Assembly: GCA_043228905.1 (NCBI GenBank)
Contig: JBHGNT010000012.1
Span: 19,778,001 to 19,842,000, forward strand
Direction: 5' to 3'
DNA from: Azolla caroliniana
Lineage: Eukaryota > Plantae > Polypodiophyta
Length of the DNA: 64,000 nt
The position numbers and the translations under genes are program-made. The notes below the pieces were generated by a model, which did no database searches, was not told where the DNA came from, and was given only the letters and a program-made list of their open reading frames with translations. Shown in pieces: positions 1 through 11,790 of the stretch. Numbering within the stretch: position 1 is the stretch's first letter; the number at the start of each line of letters is the position of its first letter.

Positions 1-1089
1 GCTTCACCGATTCGGATATGTCGGCTGATGTAGATACCAGCCGGTCCACATCAGGGTATGTGATGACGTATGTAGGGGGAGCTGTTTCATGGCAGTCGAG
101 GCTGCAGAAGACGGTTGCGTTGTCAACCACGGAGGCGGAGTACATGGCGGCTGTTGAAGCCGGCAAGGAAATAATATGGATGAAGGACTTCATTAGAGAG
201 CTCGGTATCCGACAGGAGGAGTACCGACTCTACTGCGACAGTCAGAGTGCAATCCACCTTGCGAAGAACGCGGCCTATAACTCCCGGACGAAGCACATCC
301 AGCGAAGATATCACTGGATCCGGGAAAGGATAGAAGACAAGGAGTTCGTGCTGACGAAGATCCACACGGACGAGAACGGGTCGGATATGCTGACCAAGGT
401 GCTCACACCCGACAAGCTGGAAGCATGCCGGAAGAGGATCGGATTGGAAAGACATCCCATGCCGAAGTGAAGGGGGAGTTTGTTGGGATTACGGTCCCTT
501 CGGATGGGATGGTCGGATATCGGAGATGAATGCCGACCAGCCCGGTTTCGGTTTCGGAACCGGATGATGAAGACCCCGACCTCGGAGCCGGATGACGAAT
601 GTACCCGGAGAGAGATCCGGATGCAGGGACATATCCGTGAATATGTCTGCTAAGGGCCCCTGAGGCTATAGTTGTAAATAGCCCCAAAGTCATATATGTA
701 TAAATATGACTTAGGGCAAACAGTTTTGTTGTTGCTATTCATTTTTCTATTTTTCCACTCTAGAGGAGTGAAGAGAGAGCAGCCGTGAGAGAGAGAGAGA
801 GATAGAGCGCGAGAGAGGAAGAGGACGACGCCTCTGTGTATTTCCGCCGCCTGTGGCGAGGACAGCGAGCTCAAGGTCGTCGCCTTGCAGCTCGCCATTG
901 TATACTTCTCTTTGTATAGTGTTGGTTTGGAGTCTTGTACTCCCGTGGTTTTTCCCGTACAGGGTTTTCCACGATAAATCGTGTGTCCTCTCTATTTTTC
1001 GCATTTCCCATTTTCTGCAACAACGATTCGTGTGTTTCCTTGGTTGTGGCCGAGAGGTGAAGTTTGGAAAGTTTCGTTTATTTCCATCA
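1..1089 (+). mobile_element. 3' end of a Ty1/copia LTR retrotransposon (RNase H, PPT, 3' LTR 481-1089), inserted into the RT of a gypsy element
   Basis: ORF ..470 has copia RNase H motifs (SRSTSGYV, STTEAEY, RTKHI, DMLTK). PPT GAAGGGGGAG lies just before TGTTGGGA at 481. The LTR ends TTCCATCA at 1089, exactly where homology to the gypsy RT (HDSHVLLVLK, minus strand) begins. Confidence 0.88.
18..470 (+). CDS. Copia pol C-terminus (RNase H), 5'-partial
   Basis: Ty1/copia RNase H motifs; the frame continues beyond the window start. Confidence 0.9.
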   Translation: MSADVDTSRSTSGYVMTYVGGAVSWQSRLQKTVALSTTEAEYMAAVEAGKEIIWMKDFIRELGIRQEEYRLYCDSQSAIHLAKNAAYNSRTKHIQRRYHWIRERIEDKEFVLTKIHTDENGSDMLTKVLTPDKLEACRKRIGLERHPMPK

Positions 1090-2326
1090 GTTTTAGTACT
1101 AACAGTACATGAGAATCATGCTCTTCTTGGGTCTTCGAGTAAACCAGTAGATCATCCAAATAGATGATTAGACACACATCCAAGAGATCTCGGAAAATAT
1201 CATTTGCCATGTGCTGGAAGACTGTTGGCGCATTAGTGAGGCCGAACGGCATAACCGTATACTCGAAGTGCCCATATCTGGTGCGGAACGCGGTCTTCCA
1301 TTCATCTCCTGGTCGGATCCGTACGAGGTTATAGGCTCCCCGTAAGTCGATCTTCGTGAAGAACCTGGCACCATTGATCCGTTCTAAAAGACTTGAGATA
1401 AGGGGGAGTGCATACCTATTTTGGATTGTAACCTTATTCAAGCCACGGTAATCTACAACGAGCCGAAGTGAGCCATCCTTTTTCTTGACGAAGAAAATGG
1501 GTGCGCCGGCTGGAGATTTCGAATGTCGTATGAAACCATTCTCCAAATTCTCCTCTATATAGGCTCGAAGGACTTCCAGTTCGGTTGGTGATAAATTGTA
1601 GATCGGTCCCCAAGGTGGCTCTTTCCCCGGTTGTAAATCGATGGGGCAATCATATGGTCGATGGTGAGGAAGCGTACTGGCTTGTACTTTACCAAACACA
1701 TCGGCATACTGATGATACTTCTCTGGAAGTTGAACGATGGAATCCTCTTTAGGGGTGCTGGAGGGGTTTACTGATATTGCAAAGAGAAACATTTCTTCCT
1801 TGCATCCTTCCTCACGCAACTGATGTAGTGAAATCGTTGCAATCTCATGAGTAGAACCTCGGGCTTTTCGATGCCGGATTTCTCTTGTCCGCCAATCTAT
1901 GTCTGGGTTATGTAATTCGAACCATGGTAATCCTAAGACAATGGGGTGTTCTGGGATGCTAATTATATTAAATGATATGACACATGCTAGATTATCTAGG
2001 ACAACATTAACGGGTTCTGACTCTTCTATGATATTTCCTGAGGCAATGGGACGACCATCGACGACTACTACAAGGGTAGGACACGGGAGTTTTCTGAGAG
2101 ATATCTGATGAGCTTGGGCAAATTTCCTATCCATGAAGCAAGAATTAGCTCCGGAATCTAGAAGTGCTAAGACATGTACTGGAGGAGTACTTTTAGTACT
2201 AACTGTTACTTGGGCTACGAACACATTGCTAACTTGCTTAGAGGGAATGGAACCACTAATGGGCTGCACAGATCTAGGGCTGTCCAACCAAACGGCTCCT
2301 ATTTTGGCTGGACTTAGTCGTTTAAC
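1090..2326 (-). pseudogene. pol: Gypsy Pol (protease + RT), truncated by the copia insertion
   Basis: LLDSGA protease motif; RT motifs LVVDYRGLN, MPFGL, YLDD. The last ~33 aa of the track ORF are read-through into the copia LTR. Confidence 0.9.
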
Positions 2327-3456
2327 TCTTCTTCTAACTGACTAAGGACATCAAATTTGTTCGCTAGATTTGGGCTATTAGTACTATTAGGGCTATCAGA
2401 TATCCCTACTGAAATAGACTCGGGTTTAGTACAATCAGAACTAGCAACTATTTGGTTTACCTGCCTTCTTGGCCTATGGGGACAGTTTACCGCGATATGC
2501 CCTGGTCCACCGCAATAAAGACATAATCGGTTTGCTCGGCGTCGTTGCTTTTCTTCTTCCGATAGCGGTCCACGACGACGTGTGGTGTCAATTTCCATTG
2601 GAGTTGGAGTACTTGCTAGAGGCGCAGTATATGACTCCCTCGGAAAAGGTTTCGCTACCACTGAGGCATAGGTAGGCTCTGATCTTGCCCTCGGAATCTG
2701 GAATTGTCGTTCCGAACGTCGTTCGAAGAGGCGGTTGTCGCATCTCACCGCGCGACTAATTGCTTCTGTTAATGACTTTGGCTCTTCGGGGAAGGTCAAG
2801 AGTAAATCCTTGACATCGTTGCGTAAGCCATAACGGAATTGCTCCATCAATGCGTGATCATCCCAAGGGATATCGGCAGCGAGTAGGCGGAAATCTGCAG
2901 CGTATGCGGAAGCTGGACGATCACCTTGGCGTAATCGCCGGATTTTGTTGATTGCAGTCCTTATGCTGTCAGTATCTCCAAAACAGGCCTTAAACTCACT
3001 TATAAATTCTTCAAAACTGTTTAATAATGGAGAATCCTTTTCCAACAATGGAGCAAACCATGCTAACGCTGAGCCACTAAGGAGAGTGCCTACTAGTCCC
3101 ACTCGTGATGCATCGGTGGGATATCGAGAAGGATGCATTTGTATCACTAAACGTACCTGATTTAAAAACCCTCTAAACTGTGATCGGGTCCCATCAAATT
3201 TTGCAGGAAGACCGATCTTGGGTTCTTTGTGAATCCCTTGAGTGCTTGATCCTTGTTGTTGTAATGATATGATAGTCGCTTCGAGTTGTTGTACACGTAG
3301 TGTCAGCTCCCCGTGTTGTTGTTGTTTTTCCAACGCTATTTGTTGAAGATCCCCCAACAAGCGATGATTTTCTTGTTCTAGTGCTACAAATTTCTCTTTT
3401 AAGCACTGGAGCTCCGAGAAGACAGATTGGTATTCCTGAGCGCTAACAGTTTCCAT
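2314..3456 (-). CDS. gag: Gypsy Gag (coiled coil, retrotransposon gag domain, CCHC zinc knuckle)
   Basis: 380 aa ORF with PKIGLPAKFDG and CLYCGGPGHIAVNC. Confidence 0.92.
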   Translation of the reverse strand: METVSAQEYQSVFSELQCLKEKFVALEQENHRLLGDLQQIALEKQQQHGELTLRVQQLEATIISLQQQGSSTQGIHKEPKIGLPAKFDGTRSQFRGFLNQVRLVIQMHPSRYPTDASRVGLVGTLLSGSALAWFAPLLEKDSPLLNSFEEFISEFKACFGDTDSIRTAINKIRRLRQGDRPASAYAADFRLLAADIPWDDHALMEQFRYGLRNDVKDLLLTFPEEPKSLTEAISRAVRCDNRLFERRSERQFQIPRARSEPTYASVVAKPFPRESYTAPLASTPTPMEIDTTRRRGPLSEEEKQRRRANRLCLYCGGPGHIAVNCPHRPRRQVNQIVASSDCTKPESISVGISDSPNSTNSPNLANKFDVLSQLEEELND

Positions 3457-3998
3457 TTTACTAGGGAGGATAAGAGGATTAATAAGAAGATAAAAGGAAC
3501 AGGAGGAAAGGAAGAGGAGGAAAGGAAGATCGGCGAAAATCGGTTCAAACTGTCAGGAACAGTACTAAGACAGAGAAGGATTTAGTACTAAAAGAAGTAT
3601 TAATACTAAGAGAGGTGAAGAACTCTCGAGAGAAGGAAAGAGTGAGTGAGGGAGAGAGAGAGAGATCGAGAGAGAGAGATGATAAGAAAAGATATATATT
3701 ATGTGAAGAGAATGTACAGTAGCTTAGGAGGCTTAAGACTGGCGTTGAACCGATTTGGTTCGAAATAATGCCTCGTGCCTCCTTTTATAGTGTTCCAAGG
3801 AATACTCTTGAAGTTTCTAGAATGTTCCAGAGAAATCTGGAATATACATCAATTTTCTAAAATAAAACATAAATGAAATATGTAAAATAAAACATAAATG
3901 AAAATAATATTCTATGTATTACAATGTATAGTCTGATGGTCAAGAGCTCGACCCATGTAGCATAAGGTCATGGGTTCGAGTCTTGCCATATCATGACA

Positions 3999-6858
3999 AG
4001 TGATGTGCTTTTGCTCGCATTTTCCGCGGTTCAAGACCTTGATGTTGATGGTCGATGGTCCTTCTACCAAATCGTGGGGATCCATGGCCTCTCGTACGCA
4101 CATTATGATGGAGACGATGGCAAGTGGGACCCTTTAAACCCCGAATGGTGGGGCAGGTATTATCAACATGGCAGTCCACTCTTCTCGACATGGCATCGCC
4201 CGTACATGTTGCTCTTGGAGCAATCCATAATCCGGCAAGCGAAGCTCTTTGTGACCACACTCTCAAACGCGGACGAGAAGGAAGCGATGTCCGCGATGGC
4301 CGGGAACCTCCGCAACCCGTATTGGGATTGGGTGAGCAATAGTACGCGCATCCTCGGGCTCCCGAACATCTTCATATCCACCGATGTCTCGCTAGCGTAC
4401 ATGTGGAAATCATTCCCCTGGACATCCATCCTGAACCCGCTCAAGGCATTCGTGGTGCCGCGGGATGTCGGCAAGCCGTTGACTTCCTCGGATGTGTACA
4501 ACCTGTCAGCCTAGCCCAACTACATGGTGCCGCCACAAGGCAACCCTTTCATCCCCCAGGGCTACTCAACCGTGCGTCACGTCACACCCAACTACCTCTC
4601 CAACAATGATAAGGTGAACGTGTCGGTCATGTGCAATGTCGGGACAGTCCTAGTCGAAGGCCTCCACACGATGCTCCAACACAGCCAATGGATGTCCTTC
4701 TCCAACCACTTGTGGCCGGAGGTGACCCGTTGTTGGGAATATGAGAATGAATCGGGATGATTTAAACTTCAAACACAATTAACACTTGATGAAACCATAA
4801 GAAGAAAATGAGAGTACACAAAAAATTTTAACGTGGAAAACCCAAAGAAGGGAAAAACCACGGGAACCATAGGTTCCAAACAACTTCACTATAATTTTGC
4901 GTACAATGGAATACGACCTTGCTAGAGGAGTATATCTACCTCAAGACAATGACCTTGGTTACAACCTTCACCCAATCGGGTGGATAGAATAACAAAGATT
5001 ACAAACTAAGTACGACCTCTCTAGGTTTTGACTAGAGAAATGTCATAGCCTCAAGGCAACAACCTTGGCTACAATCTTCTCCCGATTGGGTGGATACAAC
5101 AACAATAAGCACAAGGAATGTGCTAGCCTCAAGGCAACAACCTTGGCTACAATTGTCACCCGATCGGATGGATAAACCAACAACAATAAGCACATGGAAT
5201 GTGCTAGTCTCTCTGGGTTTTTGTCTAGAGGAAATATATTACCTTCAAGGCAATAGCCTTGGCTACGATCCTCACCCGATTAGGTGGATAAACCAAGCAA
5301 ATAACCTTACTATTCTTCACCCAACTGGGTGGATAGAAAAACTAGGAAAATAGGAAACAAGAAAACAACATGAAACGAAGTAACTTGGTGTGAGTAGACA
5401 GGAGAGGTGTTGCATAGTCATGGTTCTCTGTCAGCCCGACCAACTCCTCACACATCTCTGTCTCCTCACTCTTTCATTCTTTGTTTTCTTCTATATTTTC
5501 TGTTTTTTCTCTCTCTATTTCTGTGTTCTCTCAGAAAATTAGATCGCGCTTTGTTTTCCCCTTCTCCTTTTTATGTTTTTCTCCTTATTGTCCAACGTCT
5601 ATGTACTTGTGTTCACACACACACCAAAAACCATACAAAAGAAAAAGGGTATACAAACACACATACACACACACACACACATGTATATATAAATATAATC
5701 ATAGATAATTATAACTTTTCCCCTTTTTGGCCCTTAGCCAATTCAGTGCCTAACTAACTCCCAATCAGTTGTATGCTCAGTCGACTGCTAACATGCAGCC
5801 AATTCTCAATCAGCCCTTTGGCTCTGTGTTGTGGGCTCCACTTGAGTGGATATGCCCAACACCCACGGGGACGGGAGCCAATACGGGTACTACCCGTCCG
5901 TCGAGCTCGTCCATGACTTTGTCCACGATATCGTAGGCGGGGCGGGCAAACAAATTTCATACCCCGAGAATGCGTCCTTTGACCCCATCTTTTCCTTCCA
6001 CCATGCCAATGTCGACCGCCTCTCGCACTTTGGCTATATTGCTACCCCGATGCTTCGATCCCCGACACGCCATTGCAACTCAACCATGATGGCACATACG
6101 TATTGCCCCCCAATAGTGAATCCTTGGCTACCACAGAGCTCGCGCCATTTTGGGTCGGCCTCAATGCGGAGAACCAACGGAAATTCGTGACATCCAACGA
6201 TGTGCGCCTCGTGGACCGTGATTGCGGGTACAACTATCCGGAGATCTTGACCGCAAGGAAGGCCACGTGGACTCCCGAACGCATGCTCGAGTACCTCCGG
6301 AGGCTCTACAAGCCACCACAGAACTATGCCCACAGGTGGATCTTGATGTTGGATAGGGTCGAGAAGAGGGTGTTCAATGGGACCTTTTAGATTGAGGTTT
6401 TCTTGGGGAACCCTGATGCCAACGCGGACACGCCGATCAACTCTCCCAACTATGTCGGGTTGATCACGGTGTTTGTGCCATCGATCGGGAAGCGGGGCGC
6501 AAATTGCAACGAGAGGAAGTACATGAGGGCTTTGTTGGATCTCACCAAGACCATGGTGAGGCTTGGGATCACGACGATCGAGATATTGGGCGCCTCATAC
6601 GACACGTTCGCCCCGCCCACTGGAGAGCTTGTGGCCAACCCATTGTCCGCACAAGGCTCCATTACCCTTGTGTTCGTGAGCCTCACCGGACAACATCTCA
6701 AGACCTTGACCGTGATGGGAGATGATGTGGAAGACATCCAGCTCGCACTCTACTACCAGGGAGGCATCTTGGACAAAAGCATCAACGAGTTCTTCGTCAA
6801 AAACTTGAACATTGCGTCAACGACCATCGAGAAATTCATCTTACCCGTGTTGAAATAA
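3999..6858 (+). pseudogene. Tyrosinase (type-3 copper protein) pseudogene, fungal-like architecture, intronless
   Basis: CuA region SFYQIVGIHG...QHGSPLFSTWHRPY...PYWDW. CuB region [13 protein letters not shown]...[21 protein letters not shown] motif and a C-terminal domain are present. Lesions: TAG at 4512 and 6388, 1-bp frameshift near 6022, solo LTR at 4731-5861, gypsy insertion at the 5' end. Confidence 0.88.
4731..5861 (-). mobile_element. Solo LTR (copia-type) inside the tyrosinase
   Basis: TGTTGGG...CCCAACA ends. Degenerate TSD CCCGT/CCCAC. Removing it restores the frame ([15 protein letters not shown]). It shares the CCCGTGGTTTTTCCC...GGGTTTTCCACG motif (reverse orientation) with the LTR at 481-1089. 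Confidence 0.85.
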
Positions 6859-6931
6859 TTTAAATAAATTAAATAGCACATTTCTTAGAATAATGTCATC
6901 CATGTTCACACTATTTCGTCTCTTTTGAAAC

Positions 6932-7388
6932 TAAAAATCGGCAACGGTTTGGTTCGGTTTAAGAGGGTCCAAACTGAACTATTTAAATTTTTTGAAACAT
7001 AAACCAAACTGAAACAAACCACGAAAACCGTTAAATATTTTTCAAACCGTAAAACCGTGGTTTCGTGGTTCAGTTCGGTTTCAACATAGGTCAAATTTTT
7101 AATCTTTAATTTTTTAAAATTTATAATATTTCATTTTAAATTTTTTTTAAGATGTTCCTAAAATGTGAGAATAAGGTCTAAAAATGAAAAGATTGTTTAA
7201 AAACAAATTTTTAAAATTTTTAAAAAATAAAATAAATAAAATCTGTTAAACCATTTAAACCACGGTTTTTTACTGTTGAAACGGAAACAAACTGAACATT
7301 TGAAATCGTTAAGTCATTAAGTCGTTAAGCCGTTAAACTATGGTTTCGCGGCTCGGTTCTGTTCAAACCGAACCGTTGCCGATTGTTA
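6932..7388. mobile_element. hAT-type MITE, family A
   Basis: TIRs TAA(A/C)AATCGGCAACGGTT; 8-bp TSD TTTGAAAC (6924-6931 and 7389-7396); AACCG/CGGTT subterminal repeats; AT-rich core. Second copy at 46572-47110. Confidence 0.9.
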
Positions 7389-9119
7389 TTTGAAACATCA
7401 CACTTAGACTCTCTTCTGCAAAAAAAGCCAAATTGAGTGGACGGTTCCCTCCTTTATAGGGTTGGATTCATGTTGATGCACCATCAATAAGGGTCATATC
7501 ATGTGGCGTTATGTAATTGACGAAAGGTTTTTTCTTAAGAGAAATTATTTGGCGGATTCGCCCAATTTGCAAAGTATAAGCTTTCACAAAATTTGATTTT
7601 AGAGAGATGAACGCTATATCTAGTTGTTTGTTTGAAGGGATGAGCAAATATAGGACCACCTATACCAATTCTCTTTTTGTCAACAATGAGTACTATATGA
7701 GTAGTAATATAGTCAATTCACTCACTTTTCTCTATCTTTCAAGGGTTGACAAAAGGCAATTGGAGGAAAATTGAAAACTCCACGACATTATAATAAATAA
7801 AGGCCACCTCATTACGGGGTACGTACTTTATTGACATTTCATATTTCCTATGTCAATGTCGTTGCATTGTTATGCACTTCGATCTAGACACTCGAGTCTG
7901 GAGCCTATGATGTAGTATGCGTGAAGATGTTAGCACATTGGAACACTTGATGATAACTTACTTTGAGCTTGGGACCATCATAAGTACATCCAAGAACTTA
8001 AGAAAAGGTAGTGAGTAATGACATGTTTGGAAGTAGGTGAAGGGGATGGGGATGGGAGTTTTGTAAGTCAATAGTGTGTAAATGACATCCTAAAAGTTTT
8101 AAATAGAAGGAATCCAATGGGGGATGGCAACTTGCACAAGTGGGGACAAATTGGTAAGTGAATAAGGAAATGGAGTATAAAACTTTTACTTACGCCAGTA
8201 TTAGAGCATTTTTTTTGTTTCGATGAGTTGAGAAGATGATATGGCCTCATATCAATCTCCTATTTTCTTCTTCATAGATTTCCTATTGCATTTCTAGAAT
8301 GCATGGAGGATAATAACGAGCTCCACTAACATTTGCAAGTTTATGCGTGATTAAGACAAGCCTCTAGTGGAATAACAATGCCGAGATTATAACCACTTGA
8401 GTGATATATATGGTGTTGGCCAACTCATAGGTTATGTATACAAAATCAATTATGTAAATTAAGAAAAATACGTTGTAAATACAGATGGACAAAAGAAAAC
8501 AAAGGAACAATTCTGATAGCTTGCCAATAGCCCATGAGAACTACTAGGACAATGACAAATGGAATAACAACATTATGGAAATTTCGAATCACAATTTCCA
8601 CACACTTACTGGTCTTATTGTCCAAATTATGACAACAAACATGACCTAATGAGAAAATAGGTTTGTGATTACTTCCTTTGCTACTAGGAAACACATCCCT
8701 ATACTAAGATGCCCAAACCTCAACTACCCAAACCAATCATAACATATGTCCTTCTTATGTTCGTCAAATTACAATTCCAAGGGTTTGGCCACAAAACTCA
8801 TAAAGTACCTAGAGAGCAGATGTGCTTTAAGTCACTAATCACTAATAACATCATGGGTGGATTGATTGGTCGAAACAAAAACACATCACGGATTGATTGG
8901 TAACATAGGGGGTATTTGAGGAACATAAAATCCCCCTTTTGTGTTGTAGGAATGTAAAGGATAACAATAAGATTTAAAAAGATTTTAATAGTGTGAACCC
9001 TAGGCTTGGGAGAAAGAATGACGAGCAGGTTTGGTTGTTGGCCTCTCAGCTTGTTTGTTGTAGGCGAGAGAACATGGTACACAACAATAATGTTCTCCCT
9101 AATCAATCCTTTTCAATGT

Positions 9120-9330
9120 TGTGAACGCACATATGAAGGAATTCATTGAGTTCTATCATGAGGAGACACATGATAGAACTCTTTGAGTGCTGTTGTCGTG
9201 AGTTCCCGTGATAGAACTTTTTGAGTCTTATTGTGTGAAAATCACACAATAAGACTCAAAAAGTTCTATCGCGTGGCTCCTCACGAGAGAAACATTTGAG
9301 TTCTTTCATGTTGAGCTCACCATGAAAGCT
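9120..9330. repeat. Array of ~30-bp alternately inverted units, including a perfect 29-bp hairpin (9210-9270)
   Basis: GATAGAACTTTTTGAGTCTTATTGTGTGA-AAA-TCACACAATAAGACTCAAAAAGTTCTATC; a second, smaller palindrome near 9148-9181. Confidence 0.8.
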
Positions 9331-9438
9331 CAAATCAAATGCCAATCGTAACCCGACAAAAGGGGACCACATCCTCTAACATGACATAGGATCTAGATCC
9401 CATGTTATAGATGTAGGCATCCCTAACAATGATCTTCC

Positions 9439-9440
<2 letters not shown>

Positions 9441-9480
<40 letters not shown>

Positions 9481-9519
9481 ACACGCGCTCGCGCGCGCGT
9501 GCGCACGCACACACACACA
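9441..9519. repeat. (CA)n/(CG)n compound microsatellite
   Basis: Seen directly in the sequence. Confidence 0.95.
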
Positions 9520-10477
9520 GTATTATGTCGCAACATGACAATCGTTACAACTTGAAGGTCCTAAGTGGGGTCCTAGGAGATACAATTATATGGTCAAGTG
9601 CCATAGCAAAAATCTCACATAACAAAAAGAAAATCAGCCACATAGAACCAATATATTGAATCATGACATGTTCCATGCTAGATGTGGTGCTAAAATATTT
9701 CCATTTGATGCCTTGCCATGAGAGTACATTTAAGTGAAGGGTTTGAAGTATCTAATTGCAAAACACTCTTTCCCTCTTGCAGAGATATTTAAAGGTTCAT
9801 GCTAAGCTTCAAAGAAGGTTGGAACTAATGAACCTACCTTCTAGGACTCCGCCAACGGATCTATAAACCACAACTATGAAGACAAGATGGGCTTAATTGA
9901 AGCCGCTTGTCAAAACTATGAAGTTTTGGTTGATACGACATCCAAGATGCTAGGAGGGTGGAATAACAAGTTCGAACCTTGATACACAATGAGAAGTGAA
10001 GAGAGAAATTTAGTTCAACCTTTAGGCTTTGCTCCAAATTAGAGCAATCGACGAGCCTTTAGTGGTGTCGTGATGTGAGATGCACACATCATGACACCGC
10101 ATTAGCAACACTTCAAACTCTGCACCTATTGTACCAACTCAATGGTCCTAACCACTAAGCCATTTTTATATATTATATATAAATATTCTCATATTTACAT
10201 GTACACAGTCTATAGCTACCCTACGTTTGCCCTTTTCCATGTGGGGCAACAATGCCATCTCGTTGGTCCACATAACGAAACTCAAGGTTATCCCTCTGAA
10301 GTCCTATCCTTAAATCTATATCTGTATTTTCATTATCTATCTCCCTTTCAAGCCACTCCATGTAACTGAGTTGTGATAATCTCACTTGTATCTACTCAAT
10401 TTTTGAAATTTAGTTAAATTTATAATTTTGATACCTACATTTAACTATTTATTGTCATTCTTCTATGAGAAACTAAT

Positions 10478-11790
10478 TGTCAAAACTGAGGCAAGAAAGT
10501 AGTAGAAAGAGCAAGAGAAAGAATGATGGATGAAAAGGATAGACAAGATAGTAGTGGATAGAGTGAGCAAGAGAGAATTAGAGAGTAACTATGAAAGGAG
10601 ATATGTATTACGATAAAGAGATACAACTTAGAGAGAGTTTAGCTAGCGGACTCGAGACTAGTGTTGAACCAGAATGAATTGGCAGGGGTGGGGGGGCTTA
10701 ATTATATTGTGGGTTGTGGCGCATTCTAGGTTTTCTAGAATGTTCTAGGTTCTAGGAAGTTCTAAAATGTTCTAGGGCTCTGCTAATTAGGATATTGTGT
10801 TATATTTAAATCCTTAATGGATTAGATACCTTAATGGTAAAGTCCTTGGCATATGAACACATAGGTCACAGGTTCAAGCTTTGCCATCACATTATCCCCC
10901 TCCTAAAATGATGAATAATAGGAGTTGTCATGGTGCAAACAAGACTAGACTTATTTGGGTATTGACAATGAATGAAATTCTTTGATAAGATCTGAAGGGA
11001 AAGGAACAATGAAACACTAAGTGAGATTTATTTGGGTATTGACAATGAATGAAATTCTTTGATAAGATTTGAAGGGAAAGGAACAATGAAACACTAAGTG
11101 AAGTCGCATATGAGAATGGAGATAAAGACGTAAAGTCACCTCATTAATCTTTGATGAGATCATAAATGCCCCATATAATTGATAATCGAGTTTATCATAA
11201 GGTCATGTCTTTCTCATGTGTCGACACAATAACCATACACGATTGTCAATTCGAAGTGTATGTTGAAGATGATGATGATTTGCAATCCTTTTGTGAGATG
11301 CTACCGCTTGTTGTAAATGATTGGACACCTCTGCTTGAATATGTCACAATTGAGATAACTGACCTTCTGCACTTTGGATTTGTAGAAACTCTAAGAAGCT
11401 CCAAGAAAGACAATCGAGGATGATCATAACCACTAATATGAAGATTGACGTGACCTTAGTAGAGGAATGCACTGAATTATTTTATGCAAACTTAGTGAAA
11501 TGTAAAATACTAGTCAAATCATCTTGTTGGCAGCTAATGAAACGACAAAGATATTGTTGCAATGTTTGATTAGTGCATTCGGTTTGACCATCAATTTGTG
11601 GATGATGACTAGAAGACAGTTTGCAAGAGATCTTGACTAACGTCAATAAATGCCTTCAGAATTGAGACCCATGACCACTAATAATGTTGTCTAGAAGACC
11701 ATGAAGTTGAAAAACTTCTCTTATAACAAGATTACATGTTTCTTCGCTACTGATGCTCTTAAGATATGGTATAAAGTGTGCCATCGTCAT
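10478..11790 (-). mobile_element. Decayed chromovirus remnant: 3' LTR 10478-10891, PPT and integrase fragments
   Basis: TGTCA...TCACA ends. PPT complement TCCCCCTCCT follows the LTR. TTCTAGA array and GTTGAACC motif as in the other two LTRs. Minus-strand KLSSSHHPQIDGQTE integrase remnant near 11580-11630. A ~77-bp tandem duplication at about 10950-11100. Confidence 0.7.

Larger units (their letters stand above)
1090..3998 (-). mobile_element. 5' half of a Ty3/gypsy chromovirus-type element (5' LTR 3551-3998, gag, protease, RT up to the copia insertion), inserted into the tyrosinase gene
   Basis: LTR reads TGTCATGA...CCTGACA on the minus strand. Gag and pol are close paralogs of the intact element at 14187-19974. 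Tyrosinase coding sequence starts right after 3998. Confidence 0.92.

Noticed and set aside
481-1022. LTR end at CAACA (1022)
   Set aside because: Gypsy homology resumes only at 1090, so TTCCATCA (1089) is the better terminus.
992-1089. C-terminal tail of the 431-aa ORF as real protein
   Set aside because: It is read-through from the truncated gypsy RT into the antisense copia LTR.
3920-3998. Functional tRNA gene (also 14240-14310, 43285-43345, 53165-53235, 53480-53550)
   Set aside because: A/B boxes are present, but acceptor and anticodon stems do not pair; reported as tRNA-like modules instead.
9335-9659. ORFs with poly-HT or poly-CV
   Set aside because: Translations of the CA microsatellite.
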